A DNA stretch of 32,000 nucleotides, taken from NCBI RefSeq assembly GCF_020885515.1, contig NZ_AP024987.1, positions 1,459,612-1,491,611 on the forward strand, in the 5' to 3' direction. This document shows positions 10,741 to 20,237 of this stretch, in pieces. Position numbers and translations under genes: made by a program. This DNA is from a cyanobacterium endosymbiont of Braarudosphaera bigelowii (GTDB lineage: Bacteria > Cyanobacteriota > Cyanobacteriia > Cyanobacteriales > Microcystaceae). Within the stretch, counting starts at the first letter, position 1, and each line of letters begins with the position of its first letter. The notes under the pieces were generated by a model, which did not search any database, was not told the origin of the DNA, and saw only the letters and a list, made by a program, of their open reading frames with translations.

Positions 10741-10796
10741 TCCATTTTTTCAGATGGAAACAACTTTTCTAAACTTCTGATTCTTGAAATTTTTTT

Positions 10797-11525
10797 ATGA
10801 CACTGATTTTAGAGAATATACACAAAACTTATGGAAAGCGGAATATTGTCAATCGGGTTAGCATTAGAGTAGCACCTGGTGAAATTGTCGGATTACTTGG
10901 TCCTAATGGTGCGGGTAAGACTACTACTTTTTATATAGCAACAGGTTTAATTAAACCTGACAAAGGAAAAGTCTGGTTATATCAACAAGATGTTACCTGT
11001 TTACCTTTGCATAAGAGAGCTCGTTTGGGTATTGGCTATATGACCCAACAACCTAGTATTTTTAGATATCTTACTGTTCAAGAAAATATTCAAGTTGCCC
11101 TCGAACAAACAAATATTACTTTCAAACAAAGAGCACAACGTCTTAATGGTTTACTTAAAGAGTTTCGTTTAGAAAAAATTGCTCATACAAAAGGATCTCA
11201 AATATCAGGAGGAGAGAGACGTAGAACAGAGTTAGCACGTTCTTTAGCCATGGGGAAAAAAGGGCCAGACTTTTTATTATTAGACGAACCTTTTGCCGGA
11301 GTCGATCCTATTGCTGTTTCAGAAATCCAAGTCATGATTGCTCAGTTACAAGAACGTAAAATGGGAATCCTTATTACCGATCATAACGTACGCGAAACTC
11401 TTGCTATAACTAATCGAGCTTATATCATGCGTGATGGTCAAATCCTAGCAGCTGGAAGTGCTGAAGAGCTATATAGTAATTCTTTAGTACGACAATATTA
11501 CTTAGGAGAAAACTTCCAAATCTAA
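10797..11525 (+). CDS. lptB: LPS export ABC transporter ATP-binding protein
   Basis: Walker A GPNGAGKTT, signature ISGGERRR, Walker B LLLDEPFAGVDP and the LptB-type C-terminus VRQYYLGENF. Confidence 0.85.
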   Translation: MTLILENIHKTYGKRNIVNRVSIRVAPGEIVGLLGPNGAGKTTTFYIATGLIKPDKGKVWLYQQDVTCLPLHKRARLGIGYMTQQPSIFRYLTVQENIQVALEQTNITFKQRAQRLNGLLKEFRLEKIAHTKGSQISGGERRRTELARSLAMGKKGPDFLLLDEPFAGVDPIAVSEIQVMIAQLQERKMGILITDHNVRETLAITNRAYIMRDGQILAAGSAEELYSNSLVRQYYLGENFQI

Positions 11526-11576
11526 AATCATATAGACATTATAGATATTGGTCAAGTAAATTACCTTAAAATCAGA

Positions 11577-12725
11577 ATGAGAATAAAGATTCCTAGCTTA
11601 TCAGTTGTAGATCGTTATTTATTTTTAGAGCTATTATCACCTTTCCTCTTTGGAATGGGAATTTTCACTTCCTTAGGCTTATCTATTGGAACTTTGTTTG
11701 ATTTAGTACGCCGAGTAACAGAGTCAGGATTAGTTTTAACAGTTGCCTTTCAGATTTTATTGTTAAAAATTCCAGGATTTTTAAGTTTGGCTTTTCCTAT
11801 GGCTATACTATTAGCAGCTTTAATGGCGTATAGTCGCTTGTCTAGTGATAGTGAAATTATCGCTTTACGTAGTTTAGGCATAGGAATATATCGTCTAGTA
11901 GTTCCTGTAGTCATTTTCGGTTTCATAGTAACAGGATGTGCATTCATCGTTAATGACTGGATAGCTCCTGCTGCAACTCATAAAGCAGCCATAATATTAG
12001 AAGAAGCTGTTAATCAGAAACGTCCTGATTTTAAAAGACATAATATTGTTTATCCAGAATATAAAACCATTAAGGGAAAAAATGGTCAAGAATCTAATAT
12101 CTTGACTCGGTTATTTCATGCTGAAGAATATAATGGTGAAGAGATGAAAGGTTTAACTATCTTAGACAGAACACAAGAAGGTGTTAATCAAATTGTTACC
12201 TCTGAGTCTGCAACTTGGAATATTTCAAGTAATACCTGGGACTTCTTTAACGGCACCATTTATCTTATTGCTCCAGACGGTTCATACCGTAACATTGTAC
12301 GTTTCCAGCATCAGCAACTAGCATTACCCAAAGCTCCCTTAGATCTAGCAGGTCGCAGACAAAATTTTACTGAAATGACTATATCAGAAACTAAAGAATA
12401 TCTTAAAGCAGTTCAATTTAGTGGAAATGAGAAACGTATCAGAAAAGTTAAAGTACGCCTACAGGAGAAATATGCTATGCCCTTTGTTTGTTTAATTTTT
12501 GGCTTAGTTGGTGCTTCTGTTGGAGTAAGGCCCCAAAATACTAATAGAGCAACTAGTTTTGGCGTATGTGTAGGGCTAATTTTTGGATATTATATCCTTG
12601 CTTTTATGAGTACTTCATTAGGTATTTGGGGTATTCTCACTCCATTCTTAGGAGCTTGGTTACCTAATATTCTGGGATTAGGTGCAGGTAGTTTGTTATT
12701 AGCTCAATCAGCAAGTCTAAAATAA
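11577..12725 (+). CDS. LptF/LptG-family (YjgP/YjgQ) LPS export permease
   Basis: 382 aa with 3+3 TM segments around a central periplasmic beta-jellyroll region. The N-terminus has the family-typical DRYLFLELLSPF. Confidence 0.8.
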   Translation: MRIKIPSLSVVDRYLFLELLSPFLFGMGIFTSLGLSIGTLFDLVRRVTESGLVLTVAFQILLLKIPGFLSLAFPMAILLAALMAYSRLSSDSEIIALRSLGIGIYRLVVPVVIFGFIVTGCAFIVNDWIAPAATHKAAIILEEAVNQKRPDFKRHNIVYPEYKTIKGKNGQESNILTRLFHAEEYNGEEMKGLTILDRTQEGVNQIVTSESATWNISSNTWDFFNGTIYLIAPDGSYRNIVRFQHQQLALPKAPLDLAGRRQNFTEMTISETKEYLKAVQFSGNEKRIRKVKVRLQEKYAMPFVCLIFGLVGASVGVRPQNTNRATSFGVCVGLIFGYYILAFMSTSLGIWGILTPFLGAWLPNILGLGAGSLLLAQSASLK

Positions 12726-12730
12726 TTAAT

Positions 12731-13528
12731 ATGTCACAAAAACTAATACTAAATATTGGGTGGTTATATCCTAATTTAATGAGTACATATGGTGATAGGG
12801 GGAATGTCATTTGTTTACAAAGACGTAGCCAATGGAGAAATATACTGGTTAATATTATTCCTCTTGACCAAAAAGTTGATGCATCTTGTTTTTCCAAAAT
12901 TGATATAGTTGTTGGCGGAGGAGCTCAAGACCGCCAACAAGAAATTGTCATGAGAGATCTGAAAGGAGCTAAAGCAGAAATGTTAAAATTTAAGTTAGAT
13001 AAGGGTACTCCTGGTGTTTTTACTTGTGCCTCTCCTCAACTTTTAGGTCATTACTATGAATCTGCTTCTGGTCAACGTATCAATGGATTAGGTTTACTGG
13101 ATATAGTTACGAAGCATTCTGGATCAAATATATCCCGATGTGTTGGCAATATGGTATTTCAGATTACAGCATCTCCTTTAGCAGAGGAAATCAAACAAAT
13201 GTCAGGTGAAAATCCTTTTGTTATAGGTTTTGAAAATCATGGTGGACGCACTTATTTAGGTAATGTTCAGTCCTTAGGAAAAATAATATTAGGATATGGA
13301 AATAATGGAGAAGATGGATGTGAAGGAGTTTTTTATCGGCATGCTATTGCAACTTATTCGCATGGTCCATTATTAGCAAAAAATTCATTTATTACTGATT
13401 GGTTGATAAAAACAGCATTAAAAGAAAAGTACCAAGAAGATATAACTCTCATAAATATTGATGATAATTTAGAAAAACAAGCAAGAAAGACTATTTTAAA
13501 AAAATTGAAATTATTTTCTAGTATATAA
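12731..13528 (+). CDS. CobB/CobQ-like type-1 glutamine amidotransferase (GatD-like partner of a MurT-type ligase)
   Basis: 265 aa starting LYPNLMSTYGDRGN. It has a nucleophile-elbow Cys in FTCASPQLLG and the GFENHGGRTYL motif. It starts 5 nt after the lptF/G stop. Confidence 0.65.
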   Translation: MSQKLILNIGWLYPNLMSTYGDRGNVICLQRRSQWRNILVNIIPLDQKVDASCFSKIDIVVGGGAQDRQQEIVMRDLKGAKAEMLKFKLDKGTPGVFTCASPQLLGHYYESASGQRINGLGLLDIVTKHSGSNISRCVGNMVFQITASPLAEEIKQMSGENPFVIGFENHGGRTYLGNVQSLGKIILGYGNNGEDGCEGVFYRHAIATYSHGPLLAKNSFITDWLIKTALKEKYQEDITLINIDDNLEKQARKTILKKLKLFSSI

Positions 13529-13749
13529 AAACAAGTTTTATTAGTTAATATAAACTTGAATTGAAAATAAGAAAGTGAATGAGAATTTAAAGTTCAACTT
13601 TTGTTTTATTCTTAATATAGAGTTTTATAAAGATTCTTTTCGAAGTATTTGTTACCAGAACAGTTTAGATATAAATTGCAAGAATCAGAAATAGCAAAAA
13701 TTATCCTATTTTTAGTTAACATAAGCTTATTCCCTTATTAGGAGAACAT

Positions 13750-15042
13750 ATGAATATCGCAGTAGTAGGCTTAAGTCATAAAACTGCTCCAGTTGAAGTT
13801 CGAGAAAAATTAAGTATTCAAGAAACTAAGGTTGAAGAAGCAATAATTCATTTACGAAGCTATCCGCATATAGAAGAAATAGCCGTTATTAGTACCTGTA
13901 ATCGTTTAGAAGTTTATGCAGTATTAACTGATACAGAAAAAGGAGTTATTGAAATTATTCAATTTCTTTCTGAAACTAGTCGTATACCCTTGGGATATCT
14001 CAGGCGTCATCTTTTTATATTACTTTATCAAGATGCAGTACGTCATCTATTTAGAGTTGCTGCAGGATTAGAAAGTTTGGTTTTGGGAGAAGGACAAATA
14101 TTAGCTCAAGTGAAGACTACGTATAAATTAGCTCAAAAATATAAGGGAATCGGTAGATTATTAGATCGTTTGTTTAAACAAGCAATTACTGCTGGCAAAA
14201 GAGTTCGTAGCCAAACAAACATAGGAACTGGAGCCGTATCAATAAGTTCTGCTGCAGTAGAACTATCTATAACTAAAGTCAATGATTTAACAGATAAACA
14301 AATTACAGTTGTTGGTGCAGGAAAAATGGCACGCCTATTGGTTAAGCATCTTTTAGCCAAAGGTGCAGTCTCTATTAATGTTGTTAATCGTTCTAGGGTT
14401 CGAGCAGAAGAGTTGGCAAAAAAGTTTCCTACAGCTCAGCTAACCTTAGTTCCTTTTGAAGAAATGATGACAGCTGTAAAAAATTCACATATTATTTTTA
14501 CTAGTACCGCAGCTAGTCAACCAATTTTACATCGAGAAAATCTTCGAGAAGTTGTATCTACACAAGAAAAATTAATGCTGTTTGATATTTCTGTTCCTCG
14601 AAATGTAGCGACAAATGTACAGGAAATGGATCTTGTAGAAGTTTATAATGTAGATGACTTAAAGGCAGTAGTGGCAAAAAATCACTCTAGCCGTCGCCAG
14701 ATAGCGTTAGAAGCGGAAAAATTATTGGAAGAAGAATTAGCGACTTTTGAATTATGGTGGCATTCTTTAGAAGCAGTTCCAACAATTAGTTGTTTAAGAA
14801 CTAAAATTGAAGGTATCAGAGAACAAGAACTAGAAAAAGCTCTATCTAGATTAGGGGTTGAATTTGCAGAAAAACACCAAGAAGTAGTTGAAGCTTTAAC
14901 AAGAGGAATTGTAAATAAAATTCTACATGAGCCTATGGTTCAGCTACGCGCACAACAAGATATTGAAGCTCGACAAAGATGTTTACAATCTTTGCAAATG
15001 TTATTTGATCTAGAAATTGAAATAGAAAAGCAATTTAGTTAA
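13750..15042 (+). CDS. hemA: Glutamyl-tRNA reductase
   Basis: [21 protein letters not shown], active-site region [27 protein letters not shown] and NADPH-binding VVGAGKMA. An aggag RBS lies 7 nt upstream. Confidence 0.9.
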   Translation: MNIAVVGLSHKTAPVEVREKLSIQETKVEEAIIHLRSYPHIEEIAVISTCNRLEVYAVLTDTEKGVIEIIQFLSETSRIPLGYLRRHLFILLYQDAVRHLFRVAAGLESLVLGEGQILAQVKTTYKLAQKYKGIGRLLDRLFKQAITAGKRVRSQTNIGTGAVSISSAAVELSITKVNDLTDKQITVVGAGKMARLLVKHLLAKGAVSINVVNRSRVRAEELAKKFPTAQLTLVPFEEMMTAVKNSHIIFTSTAASQPILHRENLREVVSTQEKLMLFDISVPRNVATNVQEMDLVEVYNVDDLKAVVAKNHSSRRQIALEAEKLLEEELATFELWWHSLEAVPTISCLRTKIEGIREQELEKALSRLGVEFAEKHQEVVEALTRGIVNKILHEPMVQLRAQQDIEARQRCLQSLQMLFDLEIEIEKQFS

Positions 15043-15183
15043 ATATAATTATTTAATATTTAACTAAATTAATGTTTTATATAATTTTTTTGTTTATATA
15101 TAGTGGGCAAAATCGCTAAATAGTATTTATTTTAACTAACGCAATTCTTATCTTATTTTAAGCCTAATTCTCGTTTCAAAAGA

Positions 15184-15733
15184 CTAATAAAATCTTCTAG
15201 GATAACATTCTGAACATATTAATTTAGGGGGATAAAGTAAATCATCTCTTACTAATAGAATAGCTCTTTTAACTACAGAATAACTGGCTAAATCACTAAT
15301 AATTTTGTTTGTGCTGAGTTCACTAAAATTGATAATTGATGTTAACTATTAACCTGGGCTGAAATTAACAATAAATCATTACCTCTCAGGCTGCGAATCC
15401 AGATTTCTGCTACTCTGATTATTCCAATATTTACACTAACAATTCCTAAACGAGTACTTTTTTTGGAGTCTTTCTAATAACTTCAATCTCTTTAGTATGA
15501 TCATAAATATCAATGGAAAGCACACAGGTTTTATAGACTGAAGTAATAGTTTCCACTTCTAGGGTCGAATTGTCGACTAGTTACTATACAGAAAGCATTT
15601 GAGCTAATTGTTCTATAGGTACTAAGAAAATGGGAATATTAAGAGCGCTCTTTAATTCTTGCAGTACTAGTTTTCTTGTGCTTATATCTTGATCTGGTAC
15701 TATAACTATAATTTGTATACTGCAAAGTGCATA
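15184..15733 (-). pseudogene. Decayed gene remnant (unidentified), broken by stops and frameshifts
   Basis: Hand translation of the minus strand gives consecutive protein-like runs of 45-53 codons. Examples: ...IQIIVIVPDQDISTRKLVLQELKSALNIPIFLVPIEQLAQMLSV**LVDNSTLEVETITSVYKTCVLSIDIYDHTKEIEVIRKTPKK...; ...STRLGIVSVNIGIIRVAEIWIRSLRGNDLLLISAQVNS*; ...SDLASYSVVKRAILLVRDDLLYPPKL... Continuity between them is restored only by frame changes. No start codon is present. Confidence 0.4.
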
Positions 15734-15753
15734 TCAATAAAGTGCATATCAAT
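15724..15753. repeat. Tandem duplication, 2 x 15 bp (aaagtgcatatcaat)
   Basis: Exact adjacent copies at 15724-15738 and 15739-15753, read directly. Confidence 0.8.
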
Positions 15754-15815
15754 TCAAAACTTCTAAAAATAGCTCTTGAATTTCAAAGAAAGTCAATCCT
15801 TTAAATTTTTATGAA

Positions 15816-15833
15816 TTAATGCGATCGCATTAA
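15816..15833. repeat. HIP1 core GCGATCGC inside an 18-bp perfect palindrome (ttaatgcgatcgcattaa)
   Basis: GCGATCGC lies at 15821-15828. It is the only copy I found in the window. HIP1 is a cyanobacteria-typical hyper-abundant palindrome. Confidence 0.7.
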
Positions 15834-16152
15834 GGTATTTGATGAACTGAGGGTAATTAGATAAAATAAATTGTGATCCATAGCTATTGTCTTTATATAT
15901 ATATCAGAACCTATTGCCAATTCTACAAGTCAATTTCTTCAAGTTGTTTATATTAATTTGACAACATTTTGTTTTAAACAATTCTTCTATAGTTAGTTGT
16001 TTTACGAATTAAATACCATTATTTTTACTAGCTAACTAAATTATAAAAATATTTTGTAGTTCAAAACAAGAGGTTGTAATATTGTAATTTTTACGAAACG
16101 AAGAAATTAATATCTATTAACATTACTAGGTTTATTTAATTTTTATTAAAGT

Positions 16153-16203
16153 GAAAACAAAGTGTAGTACATCAATTCAATTTATGTACTACACTTTGTT
16201 TTC
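16153..16203. terminator. 19-bp perfect-stem hairpin overlapping the hemJ stop codon
   Basis: 16153-16171 gaaaacaaagtgtagtaca is the reverse complement of 16185-16203, with a 13-nt loop. The right arm encodes the last hemJ codons (EENKV*). Confidence 0.6.
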
Positions 16204-16740
16204 TTCGGAAAAACGTCTTTTTTTTGCATATAATTGAATAGATATCATCATTAAAATTACTAATAATACGAGTAATAAGGTAACAAAGTTAAGCGGCAAG
16301 TTATTTTTAAATATAACCAATAAAACTATAGAAACTAGTAGAATGGTAGGAGCCTCATTGAGCATCCTAAATTGTTTACCTGTCCAGAGACAAGTATCTT
16401 GTTCTAATTGTTTTATTATTTTTCCGCAATAATAATGATAAATCAAAAGTAGTCCAACAAATAGCAACTTAACATGTAGCCACCAAGATTGTAAGACAGT
16501 TTTATCTGTAGAGACTATCCCTATTGCCATTACCAATGTTACCAGCATACCTGGAGTTGTAATTATATTATAGAGACGCTTCTCCATTAACATATATTGA
16601 GTTTTAAGAATAGTTTTTTTCGGTTCTTGTTCTTCATTAGCTTCAGCGTGATATACAAATAGACGTACTAAATAAAATAATCCAGCAAACCAAACTACAA
16701 CACCAATTATATGAAAAGCTTTAAACCAATAATATTCCAT
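16189..16740 (-). CDS. hemJ: Protoporphyrinogen IX oxidase, HemJ type
   Basis: 183 aa with 4-5 TM segments. The N-terminus YWFKAFHIIGVVVWFAGLFYLVRLFVYHAE is typical of Slr1790-like HemJ. Confidence 0.8.
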   Translation of the reverse strand: MEYYWFKAFHIIGVVVWFAGLFYLVRLFVYHAEANEEQEPKKTILKTQYMLMEKRLYNIITTPGMLVTLVMAIGIVSTDKTVLQSWWLHVKLLFVGLLLIYHYYCGKIIKQLEQDTCLWTGKQFRMLNEAPTILLVSIVLLVIFKNNLPLNFVTLLLVLLVILMMISIQLYAKKRRFSEENKV

Positions 16741-17023
16741 AATTTTCTAAAAAATAATTGTTTCAGGAAAGGTATCATTTGTTCTTTAACTACTTGCTAA
16801 AGATCTTCAATGAGAATTAAAAAATTTTGTTTTGTTAATATGATAAATTATAAATTACCATAGAAATGTTAAATATAAATAATAAGAATAGAACTTAAAC
16901 TTATAATGCATCTAAATACTAGCGCACTAGCCCTTTTAAGAATCTAAAAATTACATCAATTTTAATCTAATTAATTGCCAATTAATTAGTAAACGATATA
17001 AATAAGATCACAAAACAACTCAA

Positions 17024-17674
17024 ATGGAAAATAATAGTTTTCGAAAAAGAGAATCTATTCTAAGCTTTATACTATATCATCTCTTGAAAATATTGATAGT
17101 TAATCCTCTTTTCTTGACTTATTTTCGTGGAAGAATATATGGGCAAGAAAATATTCCTAAGGGGAAGTCAGTTATTATAGTAAGTAATCATTCTAGTTAT
17201 TTTGATCCACCTCTTCTATCTTCATGTATAAACCGACCCGTAGCTTTTATGGCTAAAGAAGAATTATTTAAAGTTCCTGTGTTAGCACAAGCAATGCGTT
17301 TATATGGAGCTTATCCCGTCAAAAGAGAGACTGGTGATCGTGGTGCAATTAAATCAGCATTGAATGCACTAAGGGACGGTTGGTTAGTTGGTATTTTTAT
17401 ACAAGGAACTCGTACTTATGATGGGAATATTAATCATCCAAAATTAGGAGCAGCAATGATTGCCAGCAAAACTCAAACCCTCCTATTGCCTGTATCTTTA
17501 TGGGGAACTAATAAAGTTTTAAGGAAAGGTTCTTATTTTCCTATGCCTGTACCTATAACTATCCGTATTGGAAAACCTATAAATCCACCCCAATCAAATA
17601 AGCGTCAAGAACTGAAAGAAGTTACTCAAGAATGTGCTACTCGAATTAACTATTTAAATAGTTTAGGGCGCTAA
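17024..17674 (+). CDS. plsC: 1-acyl-sn-glycerol-3-phosphate (lysophospholipid) acyltransferase
   Basis: NHSSYFDPP (the NHxxxxD catalytic motif), FMAKEELF and IFIQGTRT acyltransferase blocks. Confidence 0.8.
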   Translation: MENNSFRKRESILSFILYHLLKILIVNPLFLTYFRGRIYGQENIPKGKSVIIVSNHSSYFDPPLLSSCINRPVAFMAKEELFKVPVLAQAMRLYGAYPVKRETGDRGAIKSALNALRDGWLVGIFIQGTRTYDGNINHPKLGAAMIASKTQTLLLPVSLWGTNKVLRKGSYFPMPVPITIRIGKPINPPQSNKRQELKEVTQECATRINYLNSLGR

Positions 17675-18511
17675 TACTAGCTACTAGTATAGTCAATGTT
17701 CAATTTTTTTATTAAAGTGATAAATCTTATATTAGATCAATAATATTTGATGAGGAAAATCAATAAAAGCAATATGAGTCAAAATTTAAAGAAAGAAGAA
17801 CTTAAACAATCTAATTTTACAGATGTTTACACAGTCCTAATTTAAAAATTAATTCTATAGCAATTAAGATAGAAACTATTGAACTAGTGCTCCATAAAGA
17901 TAGCTTTAGTATAACTATGTTATTTTAATATTTTTATTAAAATAATACGCATTTTTCAGATATAAGAAGAAGACATTAATCTCAAAATATTATTAAAAAA
18001 TAATAATATTACCAAAATACTTCATGGTAGGAATAAGTTTTTTAATGTTGTACATTTGAATCAGAATATAAAGACAATTTATTGTTTGTATAAAAATAGC
18101 CAGTAAGCTATGATAGTTGACTAAAATTCTTACAGTTCTGATTTAGAAAATAATTTTAACTTATTAGAAATATAACTAATTTATGTGACTAGTCATATAA
18201 ATTATTTGATTGAAATAAAATAATGCTTAATTGTTATGCTAAGAAAATAACATAGATAAAAACTAGTTGAGAAATGTATAAATTGTATCTGAACATTTAC
18301 ATTATTATATTTAATATGTTTTCTAAATTAATATTTGCTTGAGACTATACTTTTATCTAGAAATATAATAATTAAGCAACATATTGTTTTTTAGTACTTC
18401 TCTTTCAAAGATATACAATTTTGAGATACTTGAATAGTGATAAACATATATATAAAATTTGATTACTCTTAGATACAATAAATATGTTAAAAACTTAAGT
18501 AGTATATCCAA

Positions 18512-20098
18512 ATGAGGCAAATCTTTGCGTGGTTTATCAGTGGCTTAACAACAGTTTTCATAGTTGTTGCACCTTGCTGGGGTCTAAATAAATCAGTAAG
18601 AAAATTAGGGATTTATGCTGATTATTTACATAAAAAACCATATAATTTAACTGGGCAAAAAATTGCTATCGGGCAGGTAGAAATTGGACGACCAGGAAGA
18701 TTTGGTTTTGATAAAATTGTGGCTTGGAATCCTAATTTTCAATTAGCAGGGATTTATTATCAAAATAAAGCTGTTAAAGCAAATAGTAATTTAGATAATC
18801 ATGCTGCAATGGTTGCAGCTGTAATGATAAGTAAAGATAAAAAACTACGCGGAGTTGCCCCTAATGCAAAGTTGTATGCTTCAGCCGTAGGGGCCTTGAA
18901 AGGCAGTGGTCAGCCTCAAGAATGCCTCACCAGTCAACATATAGCGCAACAAAACGGGGGAGATTTAAGGGCGATTAATTTTAGTTTTGGCGAATCTTTG
19001 GAACAAGATCATCATAAAGATTACAAATTAGATGGTAGTTCTCTCTTAACACAATGTATCGATTGGTCATCACGGGTACATGACACATTATATGTAATTG
19101 CTGGTAATCAGGGCCAGGGAGGAATTCCTATTCCGACAGATCACTACAATGGTATTACTACTGCTTATACAACTAAACAAAAAGGTGTCTATACAAAAAT
19201 TGATTTTACTAACTTAAGTGCTCTTCCTGTAGGTATTGGACGTAGCTTGATCAAAAAGGAAATTAACTTTGGTAAAAGAAGAGCTATTAATTTATTAGCT
19301 CCAGGAGGAAAGGTTTCAATTTACGATCTTTCAGGTATTATTCAAAAAGTTAGTGGGACTAGTTTTGCAGCACCTCATATTACTGGATCTATCGCTTTAT
19401 TACAAGAATTTGGTGATCGCCAATTAAAATATAAAAAATCTAATTGGAGTTTAGATTCTCGTCGTCATGAAGTTAGTAAGGCTGTGTTATTAAATTCTGC
19501 AGATAAACTACAAGATAATGGTAATGGCTATTTATTAAATATGACGAGAACTATATTAAGTAAATCACACTACAGTTGGTTACAATCTGAAGCTTATCAT
19601 AATCCTGAAATTCCTGTTGATATACAAATGGGTATAGGGCAGCTCAACGTTTTACGGGCTTACCAACAATTTAGTGCTGGACAGTGGAAGCCAAATAATC
19701 TTGTACCACCTATAGGATGGGATTATGGTAATGTTACCCAAAATAATAGCCAGGATTATAGTATTTCAAAACCTTTACATAGCAATACTTATATCTCTAT
19801 TACTCTAGTATGGGATCGCTTGACAGAACTGAATGATAAGAATGCAAACCAAAAATATGATTTAGGAGAAAGCTTTAATAATCGCGGATTAAACAATCTT
19901 GATATTTTTTTAATGCCTACAAAAACTAATAATATATCTCAAAGTGTTTGTGCTTCTATTAGCCGGGTTGATAATTTAGAACATATTTTTTGTACTATTC
20001 CAAAAACAGATCACTACAAAATACGAGTACAGTATACAAATCAAGTTAATAAGCCACATCAATCATATGCTTTAGCTTGGTGGAGTGTATCGAATTAA
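18512..20098 (+). CDS. Secreted subtilisin-like (S8) peptidase with a C-terminal beta-sandwich-like extension
   Basis: Signal-like N-terminus, His block DNHAAMVAAV, GVAPNAKLYA, oxyanion AGNQG and Ser block SGTSFAAPHITG. The Asp-block position reads IGQVEIG (see finding). Confidence 0.85.
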   Translation: MRQIFAWFISGLTTVFIVVAPCWGLNKSVRKLGIYADYLHKKPYNLTGQKIAIGQVEIGRPGRFGFDKIVAWNPNFQLAGIYYQNKAVKANSNLDNHAAMVAAVMISKDKKLRGVAPNAKLYASAVGALKGSGQPQECLTSQHIAQQNGGDLRAINFSFGESLEQDHHKDYKLDGSSLLTQCIDWSSRVHDTLYVIAGNQGQGGIPIPTDHYNGITTAYTTKQKGVYTKIDFTNLSALPVGIGRSLIKKEINFGKRRAINLLAPGGKVSIYDLSGIIQKVSGTSFAAPHITGSIALLQEFGDRQLKYKKSNWSLDSRRHEVSKAVLLNSADKLQDNGNGYLLNMTRTILSKSHYSWLQSEAYHNPEIPVDIQMGIGQLNVLRAYQQFSAGQWKPNNLVPPIGWDYGNVTQNNSQDYSISKPLHSNTYISITLVWDRLTELNDKNANQKYDLGESFNNRGLNNLDIFLMPTKTNNISQSVCASISRVDNLEHIFCTIPKTDHYKIRVQYTNQVNKPHQSYALAWWSVSN

Positions 20099-20159
20099 AA
20101 AATGATTATATAGCTAATATTTAGATCTCAAAAACTATAAGAACACTATTGATTATAAG

Positions 20160-20210
20160 AATAACTAATTTATCATAATTAATTATTTTAATTATGATAA
20201 ATTAGTTATT
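20160..20210. terminator. 23-bp perfect-stem AT-only hairpin between the S8 peptidase gene and trmB
   Basis: 20160-20182 aataactaatttatcataattaa is the reverse complement of 20188-20210, with a 5-nt loop. Confidence 0.5.
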
Positions 20211-20237
20211 ATCGACTATGAGTAAGAGAGATAATCC

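Noticed and set aside
11750-12897. Minus-strand ORFs 11750-11947 and 12664-12897
   Set aside because: They are antisense to the lptF/G and GatD-like genes. No start context or recognisable family.
14133-14360. 75-aa minus-strand ORF inside hemA
   Set aside because: Shadow frame of a highly conserved gene.
16141-16154. Shared 14-mer ttttattaaagtga, also found at 17707-17720
   Set aside because: My rough expectation for chance 14-mer matches of this A/T-rich composition in 32 kb is well above one. The flanks do not extend the match.
17750-17845. 31-codon ORF (MRKINKSNMSQNLKKEELKQSNFTDVYTVLI) in the plsC-S8 spacer
   Set aside because: There is no RBS, the product is a low-complexity Lys/Asn peptide, and it has no positional logic. 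It is consistent with chance.
18178-18203. 26-bp near-palindrome aatttatgtgactagtcatataaatt in the S8 upstream spacer
   Set aside because: It has one mismatch, is A/T-dominated and is isolated. It might be a regulator site, but nothing supports that.
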